In this document: positions 28,831 through 43,800 of the stretch, in pieces
How positions within the stretch are numbered: the stretch's first letter is position 1
Layout of the letters: the number at the start of each line of letters is the position of its first letter
Assembly (NCBI RefSeq): GCF_009914755.1
Contig: NC_060933.1
Source: the human T2T-CHM13v2.0 reference genome, Homo sapiens
Reading direction: 5' to 3' (one strand)
DNA: 64,000 nt
Program-made: the position numbers and the translations under genes
The notes under the pieces: model-generated
What the model was told of the DNA's origin: nothing
Databases searched by the model: none
The model's input: only the letters and a program-made list of their open reading frames with translations

Positions 28831-31800
28831 TGGAATAGAACGGAACGGAATGGAATGGAATGGAATGGAATGGAATGGAACGGAACGGAACGGAACGGAA
28901 CGGAATGGAATGGAATGGAAAGGAATCAACGTGAGTGCAGGGGAATGGAATGGAACGGAATGCAATGGAATGGAATCATCCGGAATGGAATGGTATGGAA
29001 TGGAATGGAATCAACTCGATTGCAATCGAATGGAATGGAATGGAATTAACCCGAATAGAATGGAATGGAATGGAACGGAACGGAACGGAACGGAATGGAA
29101 TGGAATGGAATGGAATGGAATGGAATGGAATGGAATGGTATGGAATGGAATGGAATGGTACGGAATAGAATGGAATGGAACGAATTGTAATGGAATGGAA
29201 TTGAATGGAATGGAATGGAATGGAATGGAAGGGAATCAACGTGAGTGCAGGGGAATGTAATGGAACGGAATGCAATGGAATGGAATCATCTGGAATGGAA
29301 TGGTATGGAATGGAATGGAATGGAATGGAATGGAATCAACCCGAGTGCAATGGAATGGAGTGGAATGGAATGGAATGGAATGGAACAACCCGAATGGAAT
29401 GGAATGTAATGGAGAGTAAGGGAGTTGAATAGAATCAATCCGAATGTAATGGAATGGAATGCAACGGAATGGAATGGAATGGAATGGAATGGAATGCAAT
29501 GAAATGCAATCAACCCGAGTACAATGGAAAGGAATGGAATGGAATGGAATGGAATGGAATGGAATGGAATGGAATGGAATGATACGGAATAGAATGGAAT
29601 GGAAAGAAATGGAATGGAATGGAATGGAATGGAATGGAATGGAATGGAATGGAATCGTTCCGAGTGGAATAGGAGGGAATGTATTCGAGTGGAATGGAAA
29701 GGAATGGAATCAACAAGAGTGGAATGGAAGGGAATGGAATGGAATGGAAACGAATAGAATGGAATCAACCCGAGTGGAATGGAATGGAAAGGACTGCAAT
29801 GGAATGGAATGGAATGGATTCAACTCGATTGTAATGGAATGGAATGGAATGGAAAGGAATGGAATGGAATGGAATTAACCCGAATACAATGGAAGGGAAT
29901 GGAATGGAATGGAAACTAATAGAATGGAATCAACCCGAGTGGAATGGAATGGAAAGGACTGGAATGGAATGGAATGGAATGGAATCAACTCGATTGTAAT
30001 GGAATGGAATGGAATGGAATGGAATGGAATGGAATGGCATGGAATGGAATCAACTCGATCGCAATCGAATGGAATGGAATGGAATTAACCCGAATAGAAT
30101 GGAATGGAATGGAATGGAATGGAACGGAACGGAACGGAACGGAACGGAATGGAATGGAATGGAATGGAACGGAAAGGAATGGAATGGAATGGAATGGAAT
30201 GGAATGGAATGGAATCAACGCGAGTGCAGGGGAATGGAATGTAATGGAATGTAATGGAATGGAATCTTCCGGAATGGAATGGAATGGAATGGAATCAACC
30301 CGAGTGCAATGGAATGGAGTGGAATGGAATGGAACGGAATGGAACAACCCGAATGGAATGGAATGTAATGGAGAGTAAGGGAGTTGAATAGAATCAATCC
30401 GAATGTAATGGAATGGAATGGAACGGAATGGAATTGAATGGAATGGAATGGAATGCAATGGAATGGAATCAACACGAGTGCAATGGAATGGAGAGGAATG
30501 GAATGGAATGGAGTGGAAACTACCCGAATGGAATGGAATGTAATGGAGTGTAAGGGAATTGAATAGAATCAATCCGAATGTAATGGAATGGAATGGAACG
30601 GAATGGAATGGAATGGAATGGAATGGAATGGAATGGAATGCAATGGAATGGAATCAACCCGAGTGCAATCGAATGGAATCGAATGGAATGGAATGCAATG
30701 GAATGGATTCAACTTGAATGGAATGGAAAGAAGGGAATCAACACGAGTGGAATGGCATGGATTGGAATGGAATGGAATGGAATCAAACCGAGTACAGGGG
30801 AATGGAATGGAATGGAATGCAATAGAATGGAATCATCCGTAATGGAATGGAAAGGAATGGAATGGAATGGAATGGAATGGAATGGAATGGAATGGAATGG
30901 AATCAACTCGATTGCAATCGAATGGAATGGAATGGAATGGAATCAAATCGATTGCAATCTAATGGAATGGAATGGAATTAACCCGAATAGAATGGAATGG
31001 AATGGAATGGAACGGAACGGAATGGAATGGAATGGAATGGAATGGAACGGAAAGGAATGGAAAGGAATGGAATTTAATGGAATGGAATCAACGCGAGTGC
31101 AGGGGAATGCAATGGAATCGAATGGAATGGAAAGGAATGGAATGGAATCAACCCGAGTGCAGGGGAATGTAATGGAACGGAATGCAATGGAATGGAATCA
31201 TCCGGAATGTAATGGAATGGAATCAACCCGAGTGCAATGGAATGGAGTGGAATGGAATGGAATGGAATGGAACAACCCGAATGGAATGGAATGTAATGGA
31301 GAGTAAGGGAGTTGAAAAGAATCAATCCGAATGTAATGGAATGGAATGGAACGGAATGGAATGGAATGGAATGGAATGCAATGGAATGGAATCAACCCGA
31401 GTACAATGGAATGGAATGGAATGGAATGGAATGGAATGGAATGGAATGCAATGGAATGGAATCTTCCGGAATGGAATGGAATGGAATGGAATGGAATGGA
31501 ATGGAATGGAATGGAATGCAATGGATTCAACTCGATTGCAATGGAATGGAATAGAATGGAATGGAATGGAATGGAATGGAATTAAACCGAATAGAATCGA
31601 ATGGAATGGAATGGAACGGAACAGAACGGAACGGAACGGAACGGAGTGGAATGGAATGGAATGGAATTGTATGGAATGGAATGGAATGGTACGGAATAGA
31701 ATGGAATGGAAAGAATTGGAATGGAATGGAATCGAATGGAATGGAATGGAATGTAATGGAATGAACCCGAGTGCAGGGGAATGTAATTGAACGGAATGCA

Positions 31801-34800
31801 ATGGAATGGAATCATCCGGAATGGAATGGAATGGAATGGAATGGAATGGAATGGAATGGAATCAACCCGAGCGCAATGGAATGGAGTGGAATGGAATGGA
31901 ATGGAATGGAACAACCCGAATGGAATGGAATGGAATGGAGAGTAAAGGAGTTGAATAGAATCAATCCGAATGTAATGGAATGGAACGGAATGGAATGGAA
32001 TGGAATGGAATGGAATGGAATGGAATGGAATGGAATGGAATGCAATGGAATGGAATCAACCCGAGTACAATGGAACGGAATGTAATGTAATGTAATGTAA
32101 TGGAATGGAATGGAATGGAATGGAATGGAATGGAATGGAATCAACCCGAGTGCAATGGAATGGAGAGGAATGGAATGGAATGGAATGCAATGGAATGGAA
32201 TCATCCGGAATGGAATGGAATGGAATGGAATGCAAAGCAATGGAATCAACTCGATTGCAATGGAATGGAATGGAATGGAAAGGAATACATTGGAATCAAC
32301 CCGAGTGGAATGGAATGGAAAGGACTGGAATGGAGTGGAATGGAATGGAATGGAATGGAATGGAAACAACTCGATTGGAATGGAATGGAATGGAATGGAA
32401 TGGAATGGAATGGAATGGAATTAACCCGAAGAGAATGGAATGGAATGGAATGGAACGGAACGGAATGGAATGGAATGGAATGGAATGGAAGGGAATGGAA
32501 TGGAATGGAAACAACCCGACTGCAGGGGAATGGAATGGAATGGAATGGAATGGAATGATACGGAATAGAATGGAATGGAACGAAATGGAATGGAATGGAA
32601 TGGAATGGAATGGATTGGAATGGAATGGAATCGTTCCGAGTGGAATAGGAGGGAATGTATTCGAGTGGAATGGAAAGGAATGGAATCAACCAGAGTGGAA
32701 TGGAAGGGAATGGAATGGAATGGAAACTAATAGAATGGAATCAACCCGAGTGGAATGGAATGGAAAGGACTGGAATGGAATGGAATGGAATGGAATCAAC
32801 TCGATTGTAATGGAATGGAATGCAATGGAATGGAATGGAATGGAATGGAATTAACCCGAATACAATGCAATGCAATGGAATGGAACGGAATGGAGTGGAA
32901 TGGAATGGAATCAACCCGAATGCAGGGGAATGGAATGGAATGGAATGCAATGGAATGGATTCAACTTGAATGGAATGGAAAGAATGGAATCAACACGAGT
33001 GGAATGGCATGGATTGGAATGGAATGGAATGGAATCAACCCGAGTACAGGGGAATGGAATGGAATGGAATGCAATGGAATGGAATCATCCGTAATGGAAT
33101 GGAAAGGAATGGAATGGAATGGAATGGAATGGAATGGAATGGAATCAACTCGTTTGCAATCGAATGGAATGGAATGGAATGGAATGGAATGGAATGGAAT
33201 GGTATGGAATAGAATGGAATGGAAAGAAATGGAATGGAATGGAATGGAATGGAATGCAATGGAATGGAATGGAATCGTTCCGAGTGGAATAGGAGGGAAT
33301 GTATTCCAGTGGAATGGAAAGGAATGGAATCAACCAGAGTGGAATGGAAGGGAATGGAATGGAATGGAATCTAATAGAATGGAATCAACCCGAGTGGAAT
33401 GGAATGGAAAAGACTGGAATGGAATGGAATGGAATGGAATCAACTCGATTGTAATGGAATGGAATGGAATGGAATGAAATGGAATGGAGTTAACCTGAAT
33501 ACAATGGAATGGAATGGAATGGAATGGAACGGAATGGAGTGGAATGGAATGGAATCCACCCGAGTGCAGGGGAATGGAATGGAATGGAATGCAATGGAAT
33601 GGAATCATCCGGAATGGAATGGAATGGAATGGAATGCAAAGCAATGAAATCAACTTGATTGCAATGGAATGGAATAGAATGGAAAGGAATACATTGGAAT
33701 CAACCCGAGTGGAATGGAATGGAAAGGACTGGAATGGAGTGGAATGGAATGGAATGGAATGGAATGGAATCAACTCGATTGGAATGGAATGGAATGGAAT
33801 GGAATGGAATGGAATGGAATGCAATGGAATGGAATCAACCCGAGTGCAATCGAATGGAATCGAATGGAAGGGAATGCAATGGATGGATTCAACTTGAATG
33901 GAATGGAAAGAATGGAATCAACACGAGTGGCATGGCATGGATTGGAATGGAATGGAATGGAATCAACCCGAGTACAGGGGAATGGAATGGAATGGAATGG
34001 AATGGAATGGAATGGAATGGAATGGAATGGAATGGAATGGAATGTAATGGAATCAACTCGATTGCAATCGAATGGAATGGAATGGAATTAACCCGAATAG
34101 AATGGAATGGAATGGAATGGAACGGAACGGAATGGAATGGAATGGAATGGAATGGAATGGAATGGAACGGAACGGAATGGAATGGAATGGAATGGAATGG
34201 AATGGAATCAACGCGAGTGCAGGGGAATGTAATGGAATGGAATGCAATGGAATGGAATCTTCCGGAATGGAATGGAATGGAATGGAATGGAATGAAATGC
34301 AATGGATTCAACTCGATTGCAATGGAAGGGCATAGAATGGAATGGAATGGAATGGAATGGAATTAATTCGAATAGAATGGAATGGAATGGAATGGAACGG
34401 AATGGAACGGAATGGAATGGAATGGAATGGAATGGAATGGTATGGAATGAAATGGAATGGTACGGAATAGAATGGAATGGAACGAATTGTAATGGAATGG
34501 AATTGAATGGAATGGAATGGAATCAACGCGAGTGCAGGGGAATGTAATGGAACGGAATGCAATGGAATGGAATCATCCGGAATGGAATGGAATGGAATGG
34601 AATGCAATGGAATGGAATGGAATGGAATCAACGCGAGGGCAGGGGAATGGAAGGGAATGGAATGCAATGGAATGGAATCTTCCGGAATGGAATGGAATGG
34701 AATGGAATCAACCCGAGTGCAATGGAATGGAGTGGAATGGAATGGAATGGAATGGAACAACCCGAATGGAATGGAATGTAATGGAGAGTAAGGGAGTTGA

Positions 34801-37800
34801 ATAGAATCAATCCGAATGTAATGGAATGGAATGCAACGGAATGGAATGGAATGGAATGGAATGGAATGCAATGGAATTGAATCAACCCGAGTACAATGGA
34901 ATGGAATGGAATGGAATGGAATGGAACGGAACGGAATGGAATGGAATGGAATGGAATGGAATGATACGGAATAGAATGGAATGGAACGAAATGGAATGGA
35001 ATGGAATAGAATGGAATGGAATGGAATGGAATGGAATGGAATCGTTCCGAGTGGAATAGGAGGGAATGTATTCGAGTGGAATGGAAAGGAATGGAATCAA
35101 CCAGAGTGGAATGGAAGGGAATGGAATGGAATGGAAACTAATAGAATGGAATCAACCCGAGAGGAATGGAATGGAAAGGACTGGAATGGAATGTAATGGA
35201 ATGGAATCAACTCGATTGTAATGGAATGGAATGGAATGGAATGGAATGCAATGGAATTAACCCGAATACAATGCAATGGAAAGGAATGGAACGGAATGGA
35301 GTGGAATGGAATGGAATCAACGCGAGTACAGGGGAATGGAATGGAATGGAATGCAATGGAATGGAATCATCCGGAATGGAATGGAATGGAAAGGAATGCA
35401 AAGCAATGGAATCAACTCGATTGCAATTTAATGGAATGGAATGAAAAGGAATACATTGGAATCAACCCGAGTGGAATGGAATGGAAAGGACTGGAATGGA
35501 GTGGAATGGAATGGAATGGAATGGAATGGAATCAACTCGATTGGAATGGAATGGAATGGAATGGAATGGAATGGAATGGAATGGAATTAACCGGAATAGA
35601 ATGGAATGGAATGGAATGGAACGGAACGGAACGGAATGGAATGGAATGGAATAGAATGGAATGGAATGGAAACAACCCGACTGCAGGGGAATGGAATGGA
35701 ATGGAATGCAATGGAATGGATTCAACTTGAATGGAATGGAAAGAATGGAATCAACACGAGTGGAATGGCATGGATTGGAATGGAATGGAATGGAATCAAC
35801 CCGAGTACAGGGGAATGGAATGGAATGGAATGCAATGGAATGGAATCATCCGTAATGGAATGGAAAGGAATGGAATGGAATGGAATGGAATGGAATGGAA
35901 TGGAATCAACTCGATTGCAATCGAATGGAATGGAATGGAATTAACCCGAATAGAATGGGATGGAATGGAATGGAACGGAACGGAACGGAATGGAATGGAT
36001 TGGAATGGAATGGAATGGAATGGAATGGAACGGAAAGGAATGGAATGGAATGGAATGGAATGGAAGGGAATGGAATGGAACGGAATGGTATCAACGCGAG
36101 TGCAGGGGAATGGAATGGAATGGAATGCAATGGAATGGAAACTTCCGGAATGGAATTGAATGGAATGGAATGGAATGAAATGCAATGGATTCAACTCGAT
36201 TGCAATGGAATGGAATAGAATGGAATGGAATGGAATGGAATGTAATTAATCCGAATTGAATGGAATGGAATGGAATGCAACGGAATGGAACGGAATGGAA
36301 TGGAATGGAATGGAATGGAATGGTATGGAATGGAATGGAATGGTACGGAATAGAATGGAATGGAACGAATTGTAATGGAATGGAATTGAATGGAATGGAA
36401 TGGAATGGAATGGAATCAACGCGAGTGCAGGGGAATGTAATGGAACGGAATGCAATGGAATGGAATCATCCGGAATGGAATGGAATGGAATGGAATGGAA
36501 TGGAATGGAATGGAATCAACCCGAGTGCAATGGAATGGAGTGGAATGGAATGGAATGGAATGGAACAACCCGAATGGAGTGGAATGTAATGGAGAGTAAG
36601 GGAGTTGAATAGAATCAATCCGAATGTAATGGAATGGAATGCAACGGAATGGAATGGAATGGAATGGAATGGAATGCAATGGAATTGAATCAACCCGAGT
36701 ACAATGGAATGGAATGGAATGGAATGGAATGGAATGGAATGGAATGGAATGATACGGAATAGAATGGAATGGAACGAAATGGAATGGAATGGAATGGAAT
36801 GGAATGGAATGGAATGGAATCGTTCCGAGTGGAATAGGAGGGAATGTATTCGAGTGGAATGGAAAGGAATGGAATCAACCAGAGTGCAATGGAAGGGAAT
36901 GGAATGGAATGGAATGGAATGGAATGGAATGCTTTCAAACTGAATGGAATGGAAAGGAATGGAATCAACACGAGTGGAATGGAATGGAATGGAATGGAAT
37001 GGAATGGAATGGAAGGGAATGGAATGGAATGGAATGATACGGAATAGAATGGAATGGAACGAAATGGAATGGAATGGAATGGAATGGAATGGAATGGAAT
37101 GGAATCTTTCCGAGTGGAATAGGAGGGAATGTATTCGAGTGGAATGGAAAGGAATGGAATCAACCAGAGTGGAATGGAAGGGAATGGAATGGAATGGAAA
37201 GTAATAGAATGGAATCAACCCGAGTGGAATGGAATGGAAAGGACTGAAATGGAATGGAATGGAATGGAATGGAATCAACTCGATTGTAATGGAATGGAAT
37301 GGAATGGAATGGAATGGAATGGAATGGAATGGAATGGAAAGGAATTAACCCGAATACAATGGAATGGAAAGGAATGGAATGGAATGGAATGGAATGGAAT
37401 GGAATGGAATGGAATGGAATGGAATCAACGCGAGTGCAGGGGAATGGAATGGAATCGAATGGAATGGAATGGAATGGAATGGAATGGAATCAACCCGAGT
37501 GCAGGGGAATGTAATGGAACGGAATGCAATGGAATGGAATCATCCGGAATGGAATGGAATGGAATGGAATGGAATGGAATGGAATCAACCCGAGTGCAAT
37601 GGAATGGAGTGGAATGGAATGGAATGAAATGGAACAACCCGAATGGAATGGAATGTAATGGAGAGTAAGGGAGTTGAAAAGAATCAATCCGAATGTAATG
37701 GAATGGAATGGAACGGAATGGAAAGGAACGGAATGGAATGGAATGGAATGGAATGGAATGCAATGGAATGGAATCAACCCGAGTACAATGGAATGGAATG

Positions 37801-40800
37801 GAATGGAATGGAATGGAATGGAATGCAATGGAATGGAATCTTCCGGAATGGAATGGAATGGAATGGAATGGAATGCAATGGATTCAACTCGATTGCAATG
37901 GAATGGAATAGAATGGAATGGAATGGAATGGAATGGAATTAAACCGAATAGAATGGAATGGAATGGAATGGAACGGAACGGAACGGAACGGAACGGAACA
38001 GAGTGGAATGGAATGGAATGGAATTGTATGGAATGGAATGGAATGTTACGGAATAGAATGGAATGGAAAGAATTGGAATGGAATGGAATGGAATGGAATG
38101 GAATGGAATGGAATGGAATGGAATGGAATCAACCCGAGTGCAGGGGAATGTAATGGAACGGAATGCAATGGAATGGAATCATCCGGAATGGAATGGAATG
38201 GAATGGAATGGAATGGAATGGAATAAATCCGAGTGCAATGGAATGGAGTGGAATGGAATGGAATGGAATGGAACAACCCGAATGGAATGGAATGTAATGG
38301 AGAGTAAGGGAGTTGAATAGAATCAATCCGAATGTAATGGAATGGAATGGAACGGAATGGAATTGAATGGAATGGAATGGAATGCAATGGAATGGAATCA
38401 ACCCGAGTCTAATGGAATGGAATGGAATGGAATGGAATGGAATGGAATGGAATGGAATGGAATGCCTTCAAACCGAATGGAATGGAAAGGAATGAAATCA
38501 ACACGAGTGGAATGGAATGGAATGGAATGGAATGGAATGGAATGGAATGATACGGAATAGAATGGAATGGAACGAAATGGAATGGAATGGAATGGAATGG
38601 AATGGAATGGAATGGAATGGTATGGAATGGAATGGAATCGTTCCGAGTGGAATAGGAGGGAATGTATTCGAGTGGAATGGAAAGGAATGGAATCAACCAG
38701 AGTGGAATGGAAGGGAATGGAATGGAATGGAAACTAATAGAATGGAATCAACCCGAGTGGAATGGAATGGAAAGGACTGGAATGGAAAGGAATGGAATGG
38801 AATGGAATGGAATGGAATGGAATCAACGCGAGTGCAGGGGAATGGAATGGAATCGAATGGAATGGAATGGAATGGAATGGAATCAACCCGAGTGCAGGGG
38901 AATGTAATGGAACGGAATGCAATGGAATGGAATCATCCGGAATGGAATGCAATGGAATGGAATGGAATCAACCCGAGTGCAATGGAATGGAGTGGAATGG
39001 AATGGAATGGAATGGAACAATCCGAATGGAATGTAATGTAATGGAGAGTAAGGGAGTTGAAAAGAATCAATCCGAATGTAATGCAATGGAACGGAATGGA
39101 ATGGAATGGAATGGAATGGAATGGAATGGAATGCAATGGAATGGAATCAACCCGAGTACAATGGAATGGAATCGAATGGAATGGAATGGAATCGAATGGA
39201 ATGGAATGGAATGATACGAAATAGAATGGAATGGAACGAAATAGAATGGAATGGAAAGGAATGGAATGGAATGGAATGGAAAGGAATGGAATCAACCCGA
39301 GTGGAATGGTATGGAATGGAATGTAATGGAATGGAATGGAATGGAATCAAATCGAGTGGAAAGGAATGGAATGGAATGGAAAGGAATGGAATGAAATCAA
39401 CTCGAGTGGAATGGAATGGAATGGAATGGATTGGAATGGATTGCAATGGAATGAAATGGAATGGAATGGAATGGAATCAATCATTCCGAGTGGAATGGAA
39501 GGGAATGTAATGGAGTGGAAAGAAGGGAATGGAATCAAGCCGAGTGGAATGCAAGGCAATGGAATGGAATGGAAAGGAATGGAATGGAATCAACTGGATT
39601 GCAATGGAATGGAATTGAATGGAATGGAATGGAATGGAATGGAATGGAAAGGAATGAAAAGGAATGAAATGGAATGGAATGGAGTGCAATGGAATGGAAT
39701 CAACCCGAGTGCAATCGAATGGAATCGAATGGAATGGAATGCAATGGAATGGATTCAACTTGAATGGAATGGAAAGAATGGAATCAACACGAGTGGAATG
39801 GCATGCATTGGAATGGAATGGAATGGAATCAACCCGAGTATAGGGGAATGGAATGGAATGGAATGCAATGGAATGGAATCATCCGTAATGGAATGGAAAG
39901 GAATGGAATGGAATGGAATGGAATGGAATGGAATGGAATGGAATCAACTCGATTGCAATCGAATGGAATGGAATGGAATTAACCCGAATAGAATGGAATG
40001 GAATGGAATGGAACGGAACGGAACAGAACAGAACGGAACGGAACGGAATGGAATGGAATGGAATGGAATGGAATGGAATGGAATGGAATGGAATCAACGC
40101 GAGTGCAGGGGAATGGAATGTAATGGAATGTAATGGAATGGAATCTTCCGGAATGGAATGGAATGGAATGGAATCAACCCGAGTGCAATGGAATGGAGTG
40201 GAATGGAATGGAATGGAATGGAACAACCCGAATGGAATCGAATGAAATGGAGAGTAAGGGAGTTGAATACAATCAATCCGAATGTAATGGAATGGAATGG
40301 AACGGAATGGAATTGAATGGAATGGAATGGAATGCAATGGAATGGAATCAACCCGAGTGCAATGGAATGGAGAGGAATGGAATGGAATGGAGTGGAAACT
40401 ACCCGAATGGAATGGAATGTAATGAAGTGTAAGGGAATTGAATAGAATCAATCCGAATGGAATGGAATGGAATGGAACGGAATGGAATGGAATGGAATGG
40501 AATGGAATGGAATGCAATGGAATGGAATCAACCCGAGTGCAATCGAATGGAATCGAATGGAAGGGAATGCAATGGAATGGATTCAACTTGAATGGAATGG
40601 AAAGAATGGAATCAACACGAGTGGAATGGCATGGATTGGAATGGAATGGAATGGAATCAACCCGAGTACAGGGGAATGGAATGGAATGGAATGCAATGGA
40701 ATGGAATCATCCGTAATGGAATGGAAAGGAATGGAATGGAATGGAATGGAATGGAATGGAATGGAATGGAATGGATTGGAATTAACCCGAATAAAATGGA

Positions 40801-43800
40801 ATGGAATGGAATGGAACGGAACGGAATGGAACTGAACGGAATGGAATGGAATGGAATGGAATGGAATGGAATGGAATGGAACGGAAAGGAATGGAATGGA
40901 ATGGAATGTAATGGAATGGAATGGAATCAACGCGAGTGCAGGGGAATGGAATGGAATGGAATGCAATGGAATGGAATCTTCCGGAATGGAATGGAATGGA
41001 ATGGAATGGAATCAACCCGAGTGCAATGGAATGGAGTGGAATGGAATGGAATGATACGGAATAGAATGGAATGGAACGAAATGGAATGGAATGGAATGGA
41101 ATGGAATGGAATGGAATGGAATCGTTCCGAGTGGAATAAGAGGGAACGTATTCGAGTGGAATGGAAAGCAATGGTATCAACCAGAGTGGAATGGAAGGGA
41201 ATGGAATGGAATGGAAATTAATAGAATGGAATCAACCCGAGTGGAATGGAATGGAAAGGACTGGAATGGAATGGAATGGAATGGAATGGAACGGAAAGGA
41301 AGGGAATGGAATGGAATAGAATGGAATGGAATGGAATCAACGCGAGTGCAGGGGAATGGAATGGAATGGAATGCAATGGAATGGAATCTTCCGGAATGGA
41401 ATGGAATGGAATGGAATGGAATGGAATGGAATGGAATCCACCCGAGTGCAATGGAATGGAGTGGAATGGAATGGAATGGAATGGAACAACCCAAATGGAA
41501 TGGAATGTAATGGAGAGTAAGGGAGTTGAATAGAATCAATCCGAATGTAATGGAATGGAATGGAACGGAATGGAATTGAAAGGAAGGGAATGGAATGCAA
41601 TGGAATGGAATCAACCCGAGTGCAATGGAATGGAGAGGAATGGAATGGAATGGAATGGAAACTACCCGAATGGAATGGAATGTAATGGAGTGTAAGGGAA
41701 TTGAATATAATCAATCCGAATGTAATGGAATGGAATGGAACGGAATGGAATGGAATGGAATGGAATGGAATGGAATGCAATGGAATGGAATCAACCCGAG
41801 TGCAATCCAATGAAATCGAATGGAATGGAATGCAATGGAATGGATTCAACTTGAATGGAATGGAAAGAATGGAATCAAAACGAGTGGAATGGCATGGATT
41901 GGAATGGAATGGAATGGAATCAACCCGAGTACACGGGAATGGAATGGAATGGAATGCAATGGAATGGAATCATCCGTAATGGAATGGAAAGGAATGGAAT
42001 GGAATGGAATGGAATGGAATAGAATCAACTCGATTGCAATCGAATGGAATGGAATGGAATTAACCCGAATAGAATGGAATGGAATGGAATGGAACGGAAC
42101 GGAACGGAATGGAATGGAATGGAATGGAATGGAACGGAACGGAACGGAGTGGAATGGAACGGAATGGAACGGAATGGAATCAACGCGAGTGCAGGGGAAT
42201 GGAATGGAATGAAATGCAATGGAATGGAATCTTCCGGAATGGAATGGAATGGAATGGAATGGAATCAACGCGAGTGCAGGGGAATGGAATGGAATGGAAT
42301 GCAATGGAATGGAATCTTCCGGAATGGAATGGAATGGAATGGAATGCAATGGGATGGAATGGAATAAACCCGAGTGCAATGGAATGGAGTGGAATGGAAT
42401 GGAATGGAATGGAACAACCCGAATGGAATGGAATGTAATGGAGAGTAAGGGAGTTGAATAGAATCAATCCGAATGTAATGGAATGGAATGGAACGGAATG
42501 GAATTGAATGGAATGGAATGGAAAGCAATGGAATGGAATCAACCCGAGTGCAATGGAATGGAGAGGAATGGAATGGAATGGAATGGAAACTACCCGAATG
42601 GAATGGAATATAATGGAGTGTAAGGCAATTGAATAGAATCAATCCGAATGTAATGGAATGGAACGGAACGGAATGGAATGGAATGGAATGGAATGGAATG
42701 GAATGGAATGGAATGAAATCAACCCGAGTGCAATGGAATGGAATCGAATGGAATGGAATGGATTCAACCCGAATGGAATGGAAAGGTATGGAATCAACCC
42801 GAGTGGAATGGCATGGAATGGAATGGAATGGAATGGAATGGAATGGAATGGAACGGAACGGAACGGAATGGAATGGAGTGGAATGGAATGGAACGGAACG
42901 GAACGGAATGGAATGGAATGGAATGGAATGGAATGGAATGGAATCAACGCGAGTGCAGGGGAATGGAATGGAATGGAATGCAATGGAATGGAATCTTCCG
43001 GAATGGAATGGAATGAAATGCAGTGGATTCAACTCGATTGCAATGGAATGGAATAGAATGGAAAGGAATGGAATGGAATGGAATTAATCCGAATAGAATG
43101 GAATGGAATGGAATGGAACGGAATGGAACGGAATGGAATGGAATGGCATGGAATGGAATGGTATGGAATGGAATGGAATGGTACGGAATAGAATGGAATG
43201 GAACGAATTGTAATGGAATGGAATTGAATGGAATGGAATGGAATGGAATGGAATCAACGCGAGTGCAGGGGAATGTAATGGAACGGAATGCAATGGAATG
43301 GAATCATCCGGAATGGAATGGAATGGAATGGAATGGAATGGAATGGAATCAATCCGAGTGCAATGGAATGGAGTGGAATGGAATGGAATGGAATGGAACA
43401 ACCCGAATGGAATGAAATGTAATGGAGAGTAAGGGAGTTGAATAGAATCAATCCGAATGTAATGGAATGGAATGCAACGGAATGGAATGGAATGGAATGG
43501 AATGGAATGGAATGGAATGGAATGCAAAGGAATGGAATCAACCCGAGTGGAATGGCATGGAATGGAATGCAATGGATTGGAATGGAATGGAATCAACTCG
43601 AGTGGAAAGGAATGGAATGGAATGGAAAGGAATGGAATGAAGTCAACTCGAGTGGAATGGAATGGAATGGAATGGATTGGAATGGATTGCAATGGAATGA
43701 AATGGAATGGAATGGAATGGAATCAATCATGGAAGGGAATGTAATGGAGTGGAAAGAAGGGAATGGAATCAACCCGAGTGGAATGCAAGGCAATGCAATG

